64,000 nucleotides of DNA from positions 1 to 64,000 of the forward strand of contig CAWHCQ010000031.1 of assembly GCA_963827755.1 (NCBI GenBank), written 5' to 3'. Positions 54,208 through 64,000 of the stretch are shown here, piece after piece. The DNA is from an uncultured Gammaproteobacteria bacterium. GTDB taxonomy: Bacteria; Pseudomonadota; Gammaproteobacteria; UBA9214. Numbering within the stretch: the first letter of the stretch is position 1; the number at the start of each line of letters is the position of its first letter. The position numbers and the translations under genes are program-made. The notes beneath the pieces are model-generated. The model searched no databases and had not been told where the DNA came from. It saw only the letters and a program-made list of their open reading frames with translations.

Positions 54208-55564
54208 TTAGCGCAGCATCCCCGCACGACCATGACCTTTCAGATTCGCTTTTTTCATCAGGCCGCTATATTGATGCGATACCAGATGCGTCTGAACCTG
54301 CGACATGAAATCCATGGTCACCACGACAATAATCAACAATGACGTACCGCCGAAATAAAACGGCACATTCCAGTTAAGAATAAGAAACTCGGGAATCAAA
54401 CATACCAGCGTGATATAGATCGCTCCGGCCGTGGTCAACCTGGTCATGACGCTGTCGATGTAGGTTGCCGTTTGTTCCCCGGGCCGTATACCCGGTATAA
54501 AGGCGCCCGATTTCTTCAGATTTTCCGCCGTATCCTTTGCATTGAATATCAACGCCGTATAGAAGAAGCAGAAAAACACGATTGCCATGGCATAAAAAAG
54601 CACATAGAGCGGCTGCCCCGGCGATAACGTTGCCGAAATATCACGCAACCAGCCCATGCCTTCATTCGCGCCGACCCAGCCACCCATGGTCGCGGGAAAC
54701 AGGATAATACTGGAGGCAAAAATCGGCGGAATAACACCGGCCATGTTCAACTTCAGCGGCAAATGCGAACTTTGTGCTGCATAGACTTTCCGGCCCTGCT
54801 GGCGTTTCGCATAATTAACGGTAATTCGCCGCTGGCCGCGTTCAATAAATACCACGAATGCAGTAACCACGAGAATCAGCGCAAACAGGATGAGAACAGT
54901 CAGGGCATTCATCTCACCGGTGCGCACGAGTTCCAGCGTGCCGCCTATTGCCGAGGGTAAGTCCCGCGACAATACCGGAGAAGATAATAATCGAGATACC
55001 GTTGCCGATACCGCGCTCCGTAACCTGCTCGCCCAGCCACATCAGAAAAACAGTCCCGGTAACCAGTGTCACGATCGCCGTCAGGACAAAACCGCCGCCC
55101 GGGTTAATCACCAGGTTACTGCCTGCAATCTGCTGTCCCTGCAGTGCGGTTGAAATTCCGAAAGCCTGCATGGTTGCAAGACCCACTGTTCCGTAGCGCG
55201 TGTACTGCGTCATCTTGCGACGACCTTCTTCACCGCCTTCCTTCTTGAGCTGCTCCAGCGAGGGCACAGTTACCGACAGCAGGTTCATGATAATGGACGC
55301 GGAAATATAGGGCATGATCCCGAGCGCGAACAATGACAGTCGCTCCAGCGCGCCACCGGAAAACATATTGAACATTTCCAGGATCGTACCGCGCTGCTGC
55401 TCCACCAGGCTCGCCAGCACCACGGGGTCTATTCCCGGCAGGGGAATAAAGGACCCGACCCGGAAAACAAAGATCGCACCAAGGACAAAAAAGAGCCGCT
55501 GACGCAGCTCTTTTATCTGCCCCAGACCAGAGGCGGTGCCTGCAACTGAAGAACCTATAGCCAT
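54208..55564 (-). CDS. secY: Preprotein translocase SecY (one frameshift near 54960)
   Basis: [13 protein letters not shown] and GIGNGIS in ORF 54914-55564; [18 protein letters not shown] and FGGTSLLI in ORF 54208-54972. Confidence 0.96.
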
Positions 55565-55999
55565 TTATTCCTCGATCTTTCCACCGGCCGCCTCGATCGA
55601 AGCGCGCGCGCCTTTTGTGACCTGCAGGCCTTTCACCGTGACTGCCCTGTCGATTGCACCCGAAGCAATCACCTTGACCCGCCTGGTAAGCCGCGAAACC
55701 AGGTTGGCCTTCTTCAGGGCCTCCAGATCGGCAACGTCACCTTCAACAAGCGCCAGTTCATGCAAACGCAATTCACCCGCATGCCGTGACTTGCGCGCGG
55801 TAAAGCCTACCTTGGGCAGGCGGCGCTGCAGTGGCATCTGGCCACCTTCAAAACCGATCTTGTGGAAGCCGCCGGCGCGTGACTTCTGCCCCTTGTGTCC
55901 ACGCCCACCGGTCTTGCCCAGGCCGGAGCCAATACCACGACCGGCACGCTTGGCGTCCTTTTTGCTGCCTGCTGCAGGTTTGAGAGTATTCAGGTGCAT
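55565..55999 (-). CDS. rplO: 50S ribosomal protein L15
   Basis: [11 protein letters not shown] and GFEGGQMPL. Confidence 0.97.
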   Translation of the reverse strand: MHLNTLKPAAGSKKDAKRAGRGIGSGLGKTGGRGHKGQKSRAGGFHKIGFEGGQMPLQRRLPKVGFTARKSRHAGELRLHELALVEGDVADLEALKKANLVSRLTRRVKVIASGAIDRAVTVKGLQVTKGARASIEAAGGKIEE

Positions 56000-56002
56000 C
56001 AC

Positions 56003-56188
56003 TCAGTCCTCGACCCTTACCATGTAAGAGACCTTGTTAATCATGCCGCGAATTTCCGGCGTATCACTCAGCTCAACAGTATGACGGATGCGCCGCAACC
56101 CGAGACCGCGGATCGTATCCCGGTGACTGAGCAGGCGCCCACTGGAGCTTTTTGTCTGGGTTACCCTTATTTTGTTTGAGCCAGCCAT
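56003..56188 (-). CDS. rpmD: 50S ribosomal protein L30
   Basis: GLGLRRI and RGMINKV. Confidence 0.96.
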   Translation of the reverse strand: MAGSNKIRVTQTKSSSGRLLSHRDTIRGLGLRRIRHTVELSDTPEIRGMINKVSYMVRVED

Positions 56189-56191
56189 GTT

Positions 56192-56698
56192 CTACTCCAT
56201 GATTTCCTTGACGGTCTTGCCGCGTTTACTGGCCACTTCTTCAGGAGAAGTCATCGCTTCAAGTCCACGCATGGTGGCACGCAGCATGTTCATCGGGTTA
56301 TTGGAACCAATGCACTTGGCAAGCACGTTATGCACGCCAACCACCTCGAAAACCGCGCGCATTGCCCCGCCGGCAATAATCCCCGTACCTTCCGAGGCAG
56401 GCTTCATAAATACCTTGGCCGCACCATGGCGTGCCGTCATGGCATACTGCAAGGTGCCGTCTTTAATATTGACGTTGATCATGTTCTTTCGTGCGGACTC
56501 CATAGCCTTTTGAATGGCAACCGGCACTTCACGTGCCTTGCCATAACCGTAACCGACCCGGCCTTCACCGTCACCAACGACTGTCAGTGCTGTAAATCCG
56601 AACTGGCGGCCGCCCTTCACAACCTTGGCCACGCGGTTAACGGTGATCAGCTTTTCCAGCAGTCCATCACCCTGTGCCTGTGCATCTGCTCTTGCCAT
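56192..56698 (-). CDS. rpsE: 30S ribosomal protein S5
   Basis: [12 protein letters not shown]. Confidence 0.98.
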   Translation of the reverse strand: MARADAQAQGDGLLEKLITVNRVAKVVKGGRQFGFTALTVVGDGEGRVGYGYGKAREVPVAIQKAMESARKNMINVNIKDGTLQYAMTARHGAAKVFMKPASEGTGIIAGGAMRAVFEVVGVHNVLAKCIGSNNPMNMLRATMRGLEAMTSPEEVASKRGKTVKEIME

Positions 56699-56711
56699 AA
56701 CGAAACCCTTG

Positions 56712-57065
56712 TCAGAATTCGAGGCCGCTTTCGCGTGCGGCCTCGGCCAGCGCCTTCACGCGGCCATGATATTTAAAACCGGATCGATCGAATGCAACTG
56801 CAGTGATACCGGCAGCCTTTGCCCGCTCGGCTACGAACTTGCCAACAACAGATGCCGCTGTTGTTCCGCCTGTTTTTTCAACACTCTTGCGTACATCAGC
56901 ATCCAGCGTAGACGCACTGACCAGCACCCTGTCACCTTCCGGCGAAATTACCTGGGCATAGATATGCCGCGGCGTACGATGAATACACAGACGATTCGCA
57001 CAAAGTGTTTTGATATGCGCGCGCGTACGGCGTGCACGGCGTAATCGAGATGCTTTCTTGTCCAT
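56712..57065 (-). CDS. rplR: 50S ribosomal protein L18
   Basis: [12 protein letters not shown]. Confidence 0.97.
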   Translation of the reverse strand: MDKKASRLRRARRTRAHIKTLCANRLCIHRTPRHIYAQVISPEGDRVLVSASTLDADVRKSVEKTGGTTAASVVGKFVAERAKAAGITAVAFDRSGFKYHGRVKALAEAARESGLEF

Positions 57066-57074
57066 AATATTTGC

Positions 57075-57608
57075 CTATTTCTTTTTGGCTTCTTTGCGGA
57101 CGATCACTTCACCCGCATAACGAACACCCTTGCCCTTGTAGGGTTCCGGCGGACGGAAGGCCCGTATCTCGGCGGCTACCTGCCCGACCTTCTGCTTATC
57201 AAAGCCTTTTATAACAATTTCAGTCTGGCTGGGCGTTTCCGCTGTAATATTCTCGGGCAACGCATAGTCTATCGGGTGTGAAAAGCCGAGCGTCAGGTTG
57301 AGGACTTTCCCCTTGGCCTGAGCACGATAACCTACACCCGTCAACTCAAGCTTTTTCTCGAATCCGTCAACAACGCCGATTACCATATTCTGTACAATTG
57401 ACCGGTTCGTACCCGCCAGAGCATTGGCCGCTTTCGACGCATCACGCGCCCTGAACAGCAATTCGTTTCCTTCATGCTTCATCTCAACCAGGCCGTGGAT
57501 ACAATGACCCAGCTGGCCCTTCGGCCCCTTGATCGTCAGTTGCTGGCCGTTCTGTTTGACCTCTGCCGATGAAGGAACCTGCACTGGGTTGTTGGCAATT
57601 CTAGACAT
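57075..57608 (-). CDS. rplF: 50S ribosomal protein L6
   Basis: [11 protein letters not shown]. Confidence 0.97.
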   Translation of the reverse strand: MSRIANNPVQVPSSAEVKQNGQQLTIKGPKGQLGHCIHGLVEMKHEGNELLFRARDASKAANALAGTNRSIVQNMVIGVVDGFEKKLELTGVGYRAQAKGKVLNLTLGFSHPIDYALPENITAETPSQTEIVIKGFDKQKVGQVAAEIRAFRPPEPYKGKGVRYAGEVIVRKEAKKK

Positions 57609-57620
57609 GATGTTATCCGC

Positions 57621-58013
57621 TTAACTCACTACACAAAGAACTTCACCGCCTTCACCGGCGGCACGAGCCTGACGCTCACTCATCACACCCTTGGATGTGG
57701 ATATTATGGCTACGCCCAGGCCATTCTGGATACTTGGCAGATCATCCTTGCCCTTGTAGAGCCGCAGACCCGGGCGGCTTGCACGACTGATCATGGCGAT
57801 AACCGGCCTGCCCTCGTAGTACTTCAGCTCGACAACAAGCACCGGCTTGTCATCTTCTTCTTTCTCTGAAAAGCCCTTGATGTAACCCTCATCCTGCAAC
57901 ACCTTTGCAATCGCACACTTCAACCTGGAAGAAGGCATAGAAACCTCAACCTTGGTGGCGGATTGCCCGTTACGAATACGGGTCAACATATCAGCTATAG
58001 GATCTGTCATCAT
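57621..58013 (-). CDS. rpsH: 30S ribosomal protein S8
   Basis: [12 protein letters not shown] and SRPGLR. Confidence 0.97.
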   Translation of the reverse strand: MMTDPIADMLTRIRNGQSATKVEVSMPSSRLKCAIAKVLQDEGYIKGFSEKEEDDKPVLVVELKYYEGRPVIAMISRASRPGLRLYKGKDDLPSIQNGLGVAIISTSKGVMSERQARAAGEGGEVLCVVS

Positions 58014-58019
58014 AATAAT

Positions 58020-58325
58020 TTACCAGCTTGCCTTGACCAGCCCTGGAATATCACCGCGCATTGCAGCTTCACGCAGCTTGTTTCTGGCAAGTCCGAATTT
58101 CCGGTAGTAGCCATGCGGGCGACCGGTAATGCCGCAGCGATTACGGCCCCGCGAAGGACTTGCATCCCGCGGCAGGGACTGTAATTTCAACTGCGCGTTG
58201 TAACGCTCCTCATCGGAACTGTTTACGCTCTTGATGATCGCCTTCAGTTCAGCGCGCCTTGTTGCATACTGCCTGACCAGGCGCGTACGCTTGTTCTCAC
58301 GGGCAATCATTGAATTCTTGGCCAT
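58020..58325 (-). CDS. rpsN: 30S ribosomal protein S14 (101-aa form)
   Basis: [10 protein letters not shown] and PGLVKASW. Confidence 0.97.
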   Translation of the reverse strand: MAKNSMIARENKRTRLVRQYATRRAELKAIIKSVNSSDEERYNAQLKLQSLPRDASPSRGRNRCGITGRPHGYYRKFGLARNKLREAAMRGDIPGLVKASW

Positions 58326-58333
58326 ATTCTACC

Positions 58334-58873
58334 TCAAGTCCTGAACGGAAAGTTGAACGCAGCCAGCAATGCGCGTCCCTCTTCATCCGTATTCGCGGTT
58401 GTAGTAAATGAAATATCAAGACCGCGAATCGTGTCGATCTTGTCGTAATCTATTTCCGGAAAAATAATCTGTTCCTTGACGCCCATGTTGTAATTACCAC
58501 GTCCATCGAATGATTTCGGGCTCATGCCACGAAAGTCCCGTATACGCGGAATTGCCACGTTAATCAGGCGATCGAGAAACTCGTACATCTGCTCCCTGCG
58601 CAAGGTCACACTGCAGCCAACCGGCCAGCCTTCCCTGAGCTTGAAGCCGGCAACCGATTTACGCGCCTTGGCAACAACCGGTTTCTGGCCGGCGATTTTC
58701 ACCATGTCGCCAACTGCATTCTCCATTACCTTGCGGTCGGCAACAGCCTCACCGACACCCATGTTGAGCGTAATCTTGGTGATGCGCGGAATCTGCATGA
58801 CATTCTTGTAGGCAAACTGCTCCATCAGCTTTTTGGTTACCGTATCATCGTAAAATTGTTTTAGCCTGGCCAT
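58334..58873 (-). CDS. rplE: 50S ribosomal protein L5
   Basis: PRIRDFRG and FDGRGNY. Confidence 0.98.
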   Translation of the reverse strand: MARLKQFYDDTVTKKLMEQFAYKNVMQIPRITKITLNMGVGEAVADRKVMENAVGDMVKIAGQKPVVAKARKSVAGFKLREGWPVGCSVTLRREQMYEFLDRLINVAIPRIRDFRGMSPKSFDGRGNYNMGVKEQIIFPEIDYDKIDTIRGLDISFTTTANTDEEGRALLAAFNFPFRT

Positions 58874-58890
58874 AAGTCCTTACCATTCAC

Positions 58891-59208
58891 TCAGATATCT
58901 ACCACTTCATCGGTAGACTTGAAATAACGCACCTTGCGCCCGTCCTCGAGAACCTTGAATCCGACCCGGTCTCCCTTGCTGGTCTGCGGGTTGTACAGCA
59001 TGATGTTGGAAGCATCGACAGACATCTCCTTCTCGACAATCCCGCCGGGAATTCCCCGGTTGGGATTCGGCTTGGTATGCCGCTTCACCATGTTGACATC
59101 GGAAATGACCAGCCGGCCACCTGACAATACGGCGAGCACGTTGCCGCGCTTTCCCTTGTCCTTGCCTGCGATAACAATGACGTCATCACCTTTCTTTATT
59201 CTGTTCAT
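58891..59208 (-). CDS. rplX: 50S ribosomal protein L24
   Basis: KOW motif [14 protein letters not shown]. Confidence 0.97.
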   Translation of the reverse strand: MNRIKKGDDVIVIAGKDKGKRGNVLAVLSGGRLVISDVNMVKRHTKPNPNRGIPGGIVEKEMSVDASNIMLYNPQTSKGDRVGFKVLEDGRKVRYFKSTDEVVDI

Positions 59209-59217
59209 GCTGTATTC

Positions 59218-59586
59218 CTACAAAACTTCCGGTGCCAGCGAAATTATTTTCATAAAACGCTCGCTACGCAGTTCCCGTGTTACCGGGCCAAAAATACGTG
59301 TCCCAATCGGCTGCAGCTGGGTATTCAGCAGTACTGCTGCATTCCCGTCAAAACGGATCAGGGAACCATCAGCCCTGCGCACACCCTTGCGGGTACGCAC
59401 AACGACAGCATTGTAAACTTCTCCCTTCTTGACCTTGCCGCGGGGAATAGCTTCTTTAATGCTTACCTTGATGATGTCGCCAATACGCGCATAACGCCGG
59501 TGTGAACCACCAAGCACCTTGATGCACATCAGACGGCGTGCGCCGCTGTTATCTGCAACATCCAGCATTGATTGCATTTGTATCAT
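59218..59586 (-). CDS. rplN: 50S ribosomal protein L14
   Basis: VADNSGA and ISLAPEVL. Confidence 0.98.
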   Translation of the reverse strand: MIQMQSMLDVADNSGARRLMCIKVLGGSHRRYARIGDIIKVSIKEAIPRGKVKKGEVYNAVVVRTRKGVRRADGSLIRFDGNAAVLLNTQLQPIGTRIFGPVTRELRSERFMKIISLAPEVL

Positions 59587-59628
59587 GCTTGCATTCCGTT
59601 CCTGTTATTTATCCAATGGGCGCGAAAG

Positions 59629-59889
59629 CTACTCGCCACGGCCAACAACTTCCACCAGCCGCCAGGACTTCGTCTTCGACAAAGGCCGGCACTGCTGAAT
59701 AGTTACTGTATCGCCTTCCTGGCATACATTTTCCTCATCATGAATATGCAGCTTGCTCGAACGCCGGATATACTTTCCATACACCGGGTGCTTTACCTTG
59801 CGCTCAACCAGAACAGTCGCAGACTTGTCCATCCTGTTGTTGATGACCTTGCAGGTGAGCAGTTGCCCGGTTTCTTTAGCCTCGCTCAT
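59629..59889 (-). CDS. rpsQ: 30S ribosomal protein S17
   Basis: HPVYGK and RPLSKTKSW. Confidence 0.97.
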   Translation of the reverse strand: MSEAKETGQLLTCKVINNRMDKSATVLVERKVKHPVYGKYIRRSSKLHIHDEENVCQEGDTVTIQQCRPLSKTKSWRLVEVVGRGE

Positions 59890-60083
59890 GACGTTCCACC
59901 TGCCTTCTCGTTTAATATGGTATGAATCCGTGCAATATCCTTGCGCACCTTGCGAACCTGGTCAGGCCGCGTCAGCTGGCCAATACCGCGCTGCATGTTC
60001 AGGTTGAACCGCTCGCGCAGCAGGTTGTGCAGCTCGAGCTTGAGTTCGCTTTCTGTCTTGCTTCTCAGGTCAGCCGTCTTCAT
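59886..60083 (-). CDS. rpmC: 50S ribosomal protein L29
   Basis: MKTADLR...[10 protein letters not shown]; its ATG overlaps the true rplP TGA. Confidence 0.95.
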   Translation of the reverse strand: MKTADLRSKTESELKLELHNLLRERFNLNMQRGIGQLTRPDQVRKVRKDIARIHTILNEKAGGTS

Positions 60084-60497
60084 CACATCACCGTCCGTGC
60101 TACAAATGCCGTTTTGAATGGCAGCTTGGCAGCTGCGAGCCTGAATGCCTGCGCGCGCATCGGCTTCACTGACACCTTCAATTTCGTAGAGCACGCGCCC
60201 GGGCTGAATCTGTGCAATCCAGTATTCAACATTGCCCTTGCCCTTGCCCTGGCGAACCTCGATCGGTTTTTTGGTGATCGGCACATCCGGAAATACCCGA
60301 ATCCAGACTTTGCCGCCACGACTAACATAGCGCGTAATGGCACGACGGGCCGACTCGATCTGGCGTGAGGTCATACGCCCGCGCGACACAGACTTGAGCG
60401 CATATTCTCCGAAGCTGACCTTGCTGCCGCGCTGCGCCAGGCCCCTGTTGCGGCCTTTCTGCTGCTTGCGAAATTTTGTCTTTTTGGGCTGTAACAT
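60083..60497 (-). CDS. rplP: 50S ribosomal protein L16 (one frameshift near 60150)
   Basis: [11 protein letters not shown]...GKGKG; the proper C-terminus [13 protein letters not shown] lies in ORF 60083-60343. Confidence 0.95.
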
Positions 60498-60512
60498 GAA
60501 TCCTCTCCGCTA

Positions 60513-61187
60513 TCAGGAAGCCGCTTTCTGCGGTGTTTCCGCTTCCGGCTGCTCTCCCTTCCCGTATATCTCACCCTTGAAGATCCAGACCTTCACGCCA
60601 ATCTTGCCGTAGGTTGTATTGGCTTCGGCTGTTCCATAATCGATATCGGCACGCAGCGTATGCAGCGGCACACGTCCTTCCCGATACCACTCACTACGGG
60701 CAATTTCAGCACCATTCAAGCGACCGCCCACCTTGATCTTGATCCCCTCGGCACCGATGCGCATGGAGTTACTCACGGCACGCTTCATGGCGCGACGGAA
60801 CATAATGCGACGCTCCAGCTGCTGGGCAACACTCTCGGCAACCAGGTAAGCATCCAGCTCGGGCTTGCGAATTTCTTCAACATTGATACTGACCGGTATG
60901 CCCATACGCACAGTGATTTCCTTGCGTAAACGGTCAATGTCCTCGCCCTTCTTGCCGATCACAATACCCGGCCGTGCAGTATGGATCGTGATCACGGCAT
61001 TACTTGCCGGACGCATGATCTGCACACGACTGACAGATGCCTGGTCAAGCCGCTTCTTGATGAACTCACGAATCTCCAGATCCATGTTCAGGTACTCGGC
61101 ATACTTGTCCGAGCCGGCATACCACGTGGACGTCCAGTCCTTGACGATACCCAGTCGAATGCCTGTTGGATGTACTTTTTGACCCAT
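60513..61187 (-). CDS. rpsC: 30S ribosomal protein S3
   Basis: [13 protein letters not shown] and [14 protein letters not shown]. Confidence 0.98.
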   Translation of the reverse strand: MGQKVHPTGIRLGIVKDWTSTWYAGSDKYAEYLNMDLEIREFIKKRLDQASVSRVQIMRPASNAVITIHTARPGIVIGKKGEDIDRLRKEITVRMGIPVSINVEEIRKPELDAYLVAESVAQQLERRIMFRRAMKRAVSNSMRIGAEGIKIKVGGRLNGAEIARSEWYREGRVPLHTLRADIDYGTAEANTTYGKIGVKVWIFKGEIYGKGEQPEAETPQKAAS

Positions 61188-61217
61188 TCTGCTCTATCCG
61201 CCTCTGATCTGGTTGAC

Positions 61218-61550
61218 TTAAACGTCACCCACCGTAACGGTGATGTGACTGTTTCGCTTCAGAATCCGTGTACCACGGCCCTTGGCACGTGCACGGAAGC
61301 GTTTCATGGTCCGACCTTCGTTGACAAAAATCGAATCCACCTTTAACTCATCTATATCTGCACCTTCATTGTGCTCGGCATTGGCAATCGCAGACTCGAG
61401 CACCTTGCGTACGAGGACGGCCGCTTTTTTCGGGCTGAACAGAAGCACGTCCAGCGCCCTTTCCACCGGTAATCCACGCACCTGGTCTGCCACCAGGCGG
61501 CACTTCTGCGCTGAAATGTGTGCGTGCTTCAATGTTGCGCTGACTTGCAT
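61218..61550 (-). CDS. rplV: 50S ribosomal protein L22
   Basis: SAIANAEHN and RAKGR. Confidence 0.97.
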   Translation of the reverse strand: MQVSATLKHAHISAQKCRLVADQVRGLPVERALDVLLFSPKKAAVLVRKVLESAIANAEHNEGADIDELKVDSIFVNEGRTMKRFRARAKGRGTRILKRNSHITVTVGDV

Positions 61551-61562
61551 TATTGCGTCCTC

Positions 61563-61835
61563 TTACTTGGCTTTTCTGTCGGCCATATGACCCTTGTATG
61601 TCCGGGTCAAGGCAAACTCGCCCAACTTGTGCCCAACCATGTTTTCATTGACCTGGACCGGTACATGCTGGCGGCCGTTGTGAATGGCGATAGTCAAACC
61701 AACCATTTCAGGCAACACCATGGAACGCCGCGACCATGTCTTGATTGGACGCTTGCTGTTCTCGGCTACGGCCTTTTCCACCTTCTTCTGGAGGTGGCTG
61801 TCGATAAACGGACCTTTTCTGATTGAGCGTGGCAC
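61563..61835 (-). CDS. rpsS: 30S ribosomal protein S19
   Basis: KGPFID, KTWSRRS and GHKLGEF. Confidence 0.98.
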   Translation of the reverse strand: MPRSIRKGPFIDSHLQKKVEKAVAENSKRPIKTWSRRSMVLPEMVGLTIAIHNGRQHVPVQVNENMVGHKLGEFALTRTYKGHMADRKAK

Positions 61836-61853
61836 TGATACTAATCCTCTTGA

Positions 61854-62682
61854 TTACTTGCGGTTACGACGCCGGACGATCATGTTGTCTGTACGCTTGT
61901 TCTTGCGGGTTCGGAATCCTTTTGCCGGCGTACCCCACGGACTCACGGGATGACGACCACCTGAAGTACGTCCCTCACCACCACCATGCGGATGATCAAC
62001 CGGGTTCATGGAAACACCTCGCACAGTCGGACGCACACCGCGCCAGCGAGTGGCTCCCGCCTTGCCCAGCGAACGCAGGCCGTGCTCCGAATTACCGACT
62101 TCACCAATCGTGGCCATGCAATCTGTCTGCACCTTGCGCATCTCACCGGAACGCAAACGCAGGGTGGCATGACTCACCTTCGCGTGCGACCAGCTGCACA
62201 CCGCTGCCTGCACTGCGCGCAATCTGCCCGCCCTTGGAAGGCTTCATTTCAATATTGTGCACCAGCGTGCCCAGCGGGATGTTGCGCAGCGGCATTGCAT
62301 TACCCACCTTGATCGGGGCATCGCTGCCACTGCGAACCTCGGTCCCGGCCGTCACGCCTTTCGGTGCCAGGATATAGCGTCGCTCGCCATCGGCGTAAAG
62401 CAGCAAGGCAAGATGTGCTGACCTGTTCGGGTCATACTCGATACGTTCAACCTTTGCAGGTATCCCCGTCTTGTCGCGCCTGAAATCGACCACACGGTAA
62501 CGCTGCTTGTGGCCACCGCCACGATGACGCGTGGTGATCCGCCCGGCATTGTTGCGGCCGCCGTGTTTCGACTTTGATTCGACCAGGGCCGAGTGAGGCT
62601 TGCCCTTATGCAGCCCGGGCGTTGTCACCTTGACTACAAAGCGGCGTCCCGGCGAAGTTGGTTTGCATTTAACGAGTGCCAT
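61854..62682 (-). CDS. rplB: 50S ribosomal protein L2 (one frameshift near 62173)
   Basis: IEYDPNRSA in ORF 62143-62682; [13 protein letters not shown] in ORF 61854-62222. Confidence 0.96.
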
Positions 62683-62722
62683 TTCTGTATCCTTTTTAGC
62701 GTAGCCCGCGCATCAATCGCGA

Positions 62723-63019
62723 TTACTCCGCCCCCATAAAATCAATATCGTGACCTTCTGCAAGCGTCACATATGCCTTCTTCGAGTCAGCGCGCCTGCC
62801 CGTGGTTTGTCCATGGCGCTTGATCTTGCCGCGCATATTGGCTATCTGGACATTATCCACCTTGACATCAAACATGAGCTCGACGGCCTTGCGGACCTCT
62901 GGCTTGCTTGCGCTCCTGTCTACCTTGAAGACAAACTGGCGATGTGCGTCAGCAACACGGGTACTCTTTTCAGAGATCACCGGCGCAAGCAACACCTTCA
63001 TCAAACGTTCCTGGTTCAT
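62723..63019 (-). CDS. rplW: 50S ribosomal protein L23
   Basis: APVISEK and KKAYVTL. Confidence 0.97.
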   Translation of the reverse strand: MNQERLMKVLLAPVISEKSTRVADAHRQFVFKVDRSASKPEVRKAVELMFDVKVDNVQIANMRGKIKRHGQTTGRRADSKKAYVTLAEGHDIDFMGAE

Positions 63020-63621
63020 GCCAGCCTCTCCTCAAAACTTTTCAAGGCATCCCTGGTTATGAGCACCTTGTCAAACCCGACCAGGCTGACAGGATCTGCA
63101 CCTGACACATCACATACAGCCACATTCGGCAGATTCCGCGCAGCCAGGTAGAGATTATCATCCGGCTCGACCGTTACGATCAGGACACTCTCCAGGCCGA
63201 GTTCCTGCAACATGCCGGACAGTTCCCTGGTTTTCGGTTGCTTGACAGCAAAACTGTCTACCGCGACCAGGCGTTCCTGGCGAACCAGTTCGGACAGGAT
63301 TGAGCACATGGCCCCGCGGTACATCTTGCGATTGATCTTCTGCGTATAATCACGCGGCCGCGATGCGAAGGTAATACCACCGCCCCGCCATATCGGGCTG
63401 CGTATTGTACCAGCTCGCGCACGTCCTGTACCTTTCTGGCGCCATGGTTTTACACCACCACCCCTGACCTGCGAACGCGTCTTCTGCTGTGCGTTTCCGC
63501 TACGGGCACCGGCCAGACAGGCTGTTACCACCTGGTGCACCAGTGACTCCCTGAAATCCACAGCAAAGGTATCATCTGAAACCTGCACTGAACCCGAGCC
63601 TTGTAACTGCAATTCCATCAT
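63016..63621 (-). CDS. rplD: 50S ribosomal protein L4
   Basis: [14 protein letters not shown]. Confidence 0.97.
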   Translation of the reverse strand: MMELQLQGSGSVQVSDDTFAVDFRESLVHQVVTACLAGARSGNAQQKTRSQVRGGGVKPWRQKGTGRARAGTIRSPIWRGGGITFASRPRDYTQKINRKMYRGAMCSILSELVRQERLVAVDSFAVKQPKTRELSGMLQELGLESVLIVTVEPDDNLYLAARNLPNVAVCDVSGADPVSLVGFDKVLITRDALKSFEERLA

Positions 63622-63628
63622 GCAACTC

Positions 63629-64000
63629 CTAACGCGTCTTTACTGCAGGGCAAATGATGACATCACCGCCCCTGGAACCCGGAACCGCGCCCTTTACCAG
63701 CAGCAGGTTGCGCTCTGTATCGACACTGACAACCTTAATATTCTGGGTAGTACGCTTTACATTACCCATTTGGCCGGACATCTTTTTGCCTTTTACAACA
63801 CGTCCCGGCGTCTGGCACTGCCCGATTGAACCTGGTGCACGGTGCGACAGCGAGTTACCGTGCGTGGCATCCTGCATACTGAAGTTGTAACGTTTGATCA
63901 CACCGGCAAAACCCTTACCGATGGAAGTACCGCTGACATCCACAGTCTGTCCGTTTTCGAAGATATCCACCTTTATTTCGCTGCCGACCTCGATACCTTC
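63629..64000 (-). CDS. rplC: 50S ribosomal protein L3 (5' part outside the window)
   Basis: [21 protein letters not shown] and VKGAVPG. Confidence 0.97.
   Translation of the reverse strand, partial: EGIEVGSEIKVDIFENGQTVDVSGTSIGKGFAGVIKRYNFSMQDATHGNSLSHRAPGSIGQCQTPGRVVKGKKMSGQMGNVKRTTQNIKVVSVDTERNLLLVKGAVPGSRGGDVIICPAVKTR

Noticed and set aside
59886-60497. Apparent 203-aa L16-L29 fusion protein in the ORF track
   Set aside because: One extra base near 60150 shifts rplP into the rpmC frame; the normal L16 C-terminus and TGA/ATG overlap are present in the other frame.
37612-62682. Pseudogenisation or programmed frameshifting of murE, ftsI, secY, rplP and rplB
   Set aside because: The genes are essential, both halves are intact, and there is no shared slippery sequence; sequencing error is more parsimonious.

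Overview
GC-rich Gammaproteobacterial chromosome segment; the gene order suggests a Chromatiales-like, non-enteric lineage (inference). Left to right it holds: the end of a surface-glycan locus (DegT/perosamine aminotransferase, two SAM methyltransferases, cupin, GT2, Wzx flippase, two GT4), then pilB-pilC-pilD-coaE-zapD-yacG, a 605-bp imperfect palindrome, mutT/thiE fusion, CHASE2 adenylate cyclase, argJ, secA, M23 peptidase, dciA, lpxC, the complete dcw cluster (ftsZ to mraZ, including murB), ssb-MFS/uvrA, a small accessory patch, and the alpha/spc/S10 ribosomal operons up to a partial rplC. Ten genes, several essential, are broken by frameshifts whose length arithmetic fits single extra bases, which points to sequencing error rather than biology. 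The most unusual element is the palindrome at 14231-14835: two diverged ~300-nt copies, back to back, whose internal stems are preserved by compensatory substitutions, as expected for a structured RNA or ssDNA element. Other leads are an IF1-like small protein downstream of a RegA/RegR-type box, a perfect CRP site before lpxC, and a glycan island where pilA normally sits. All protein calls come from motif recognition, not database searches.
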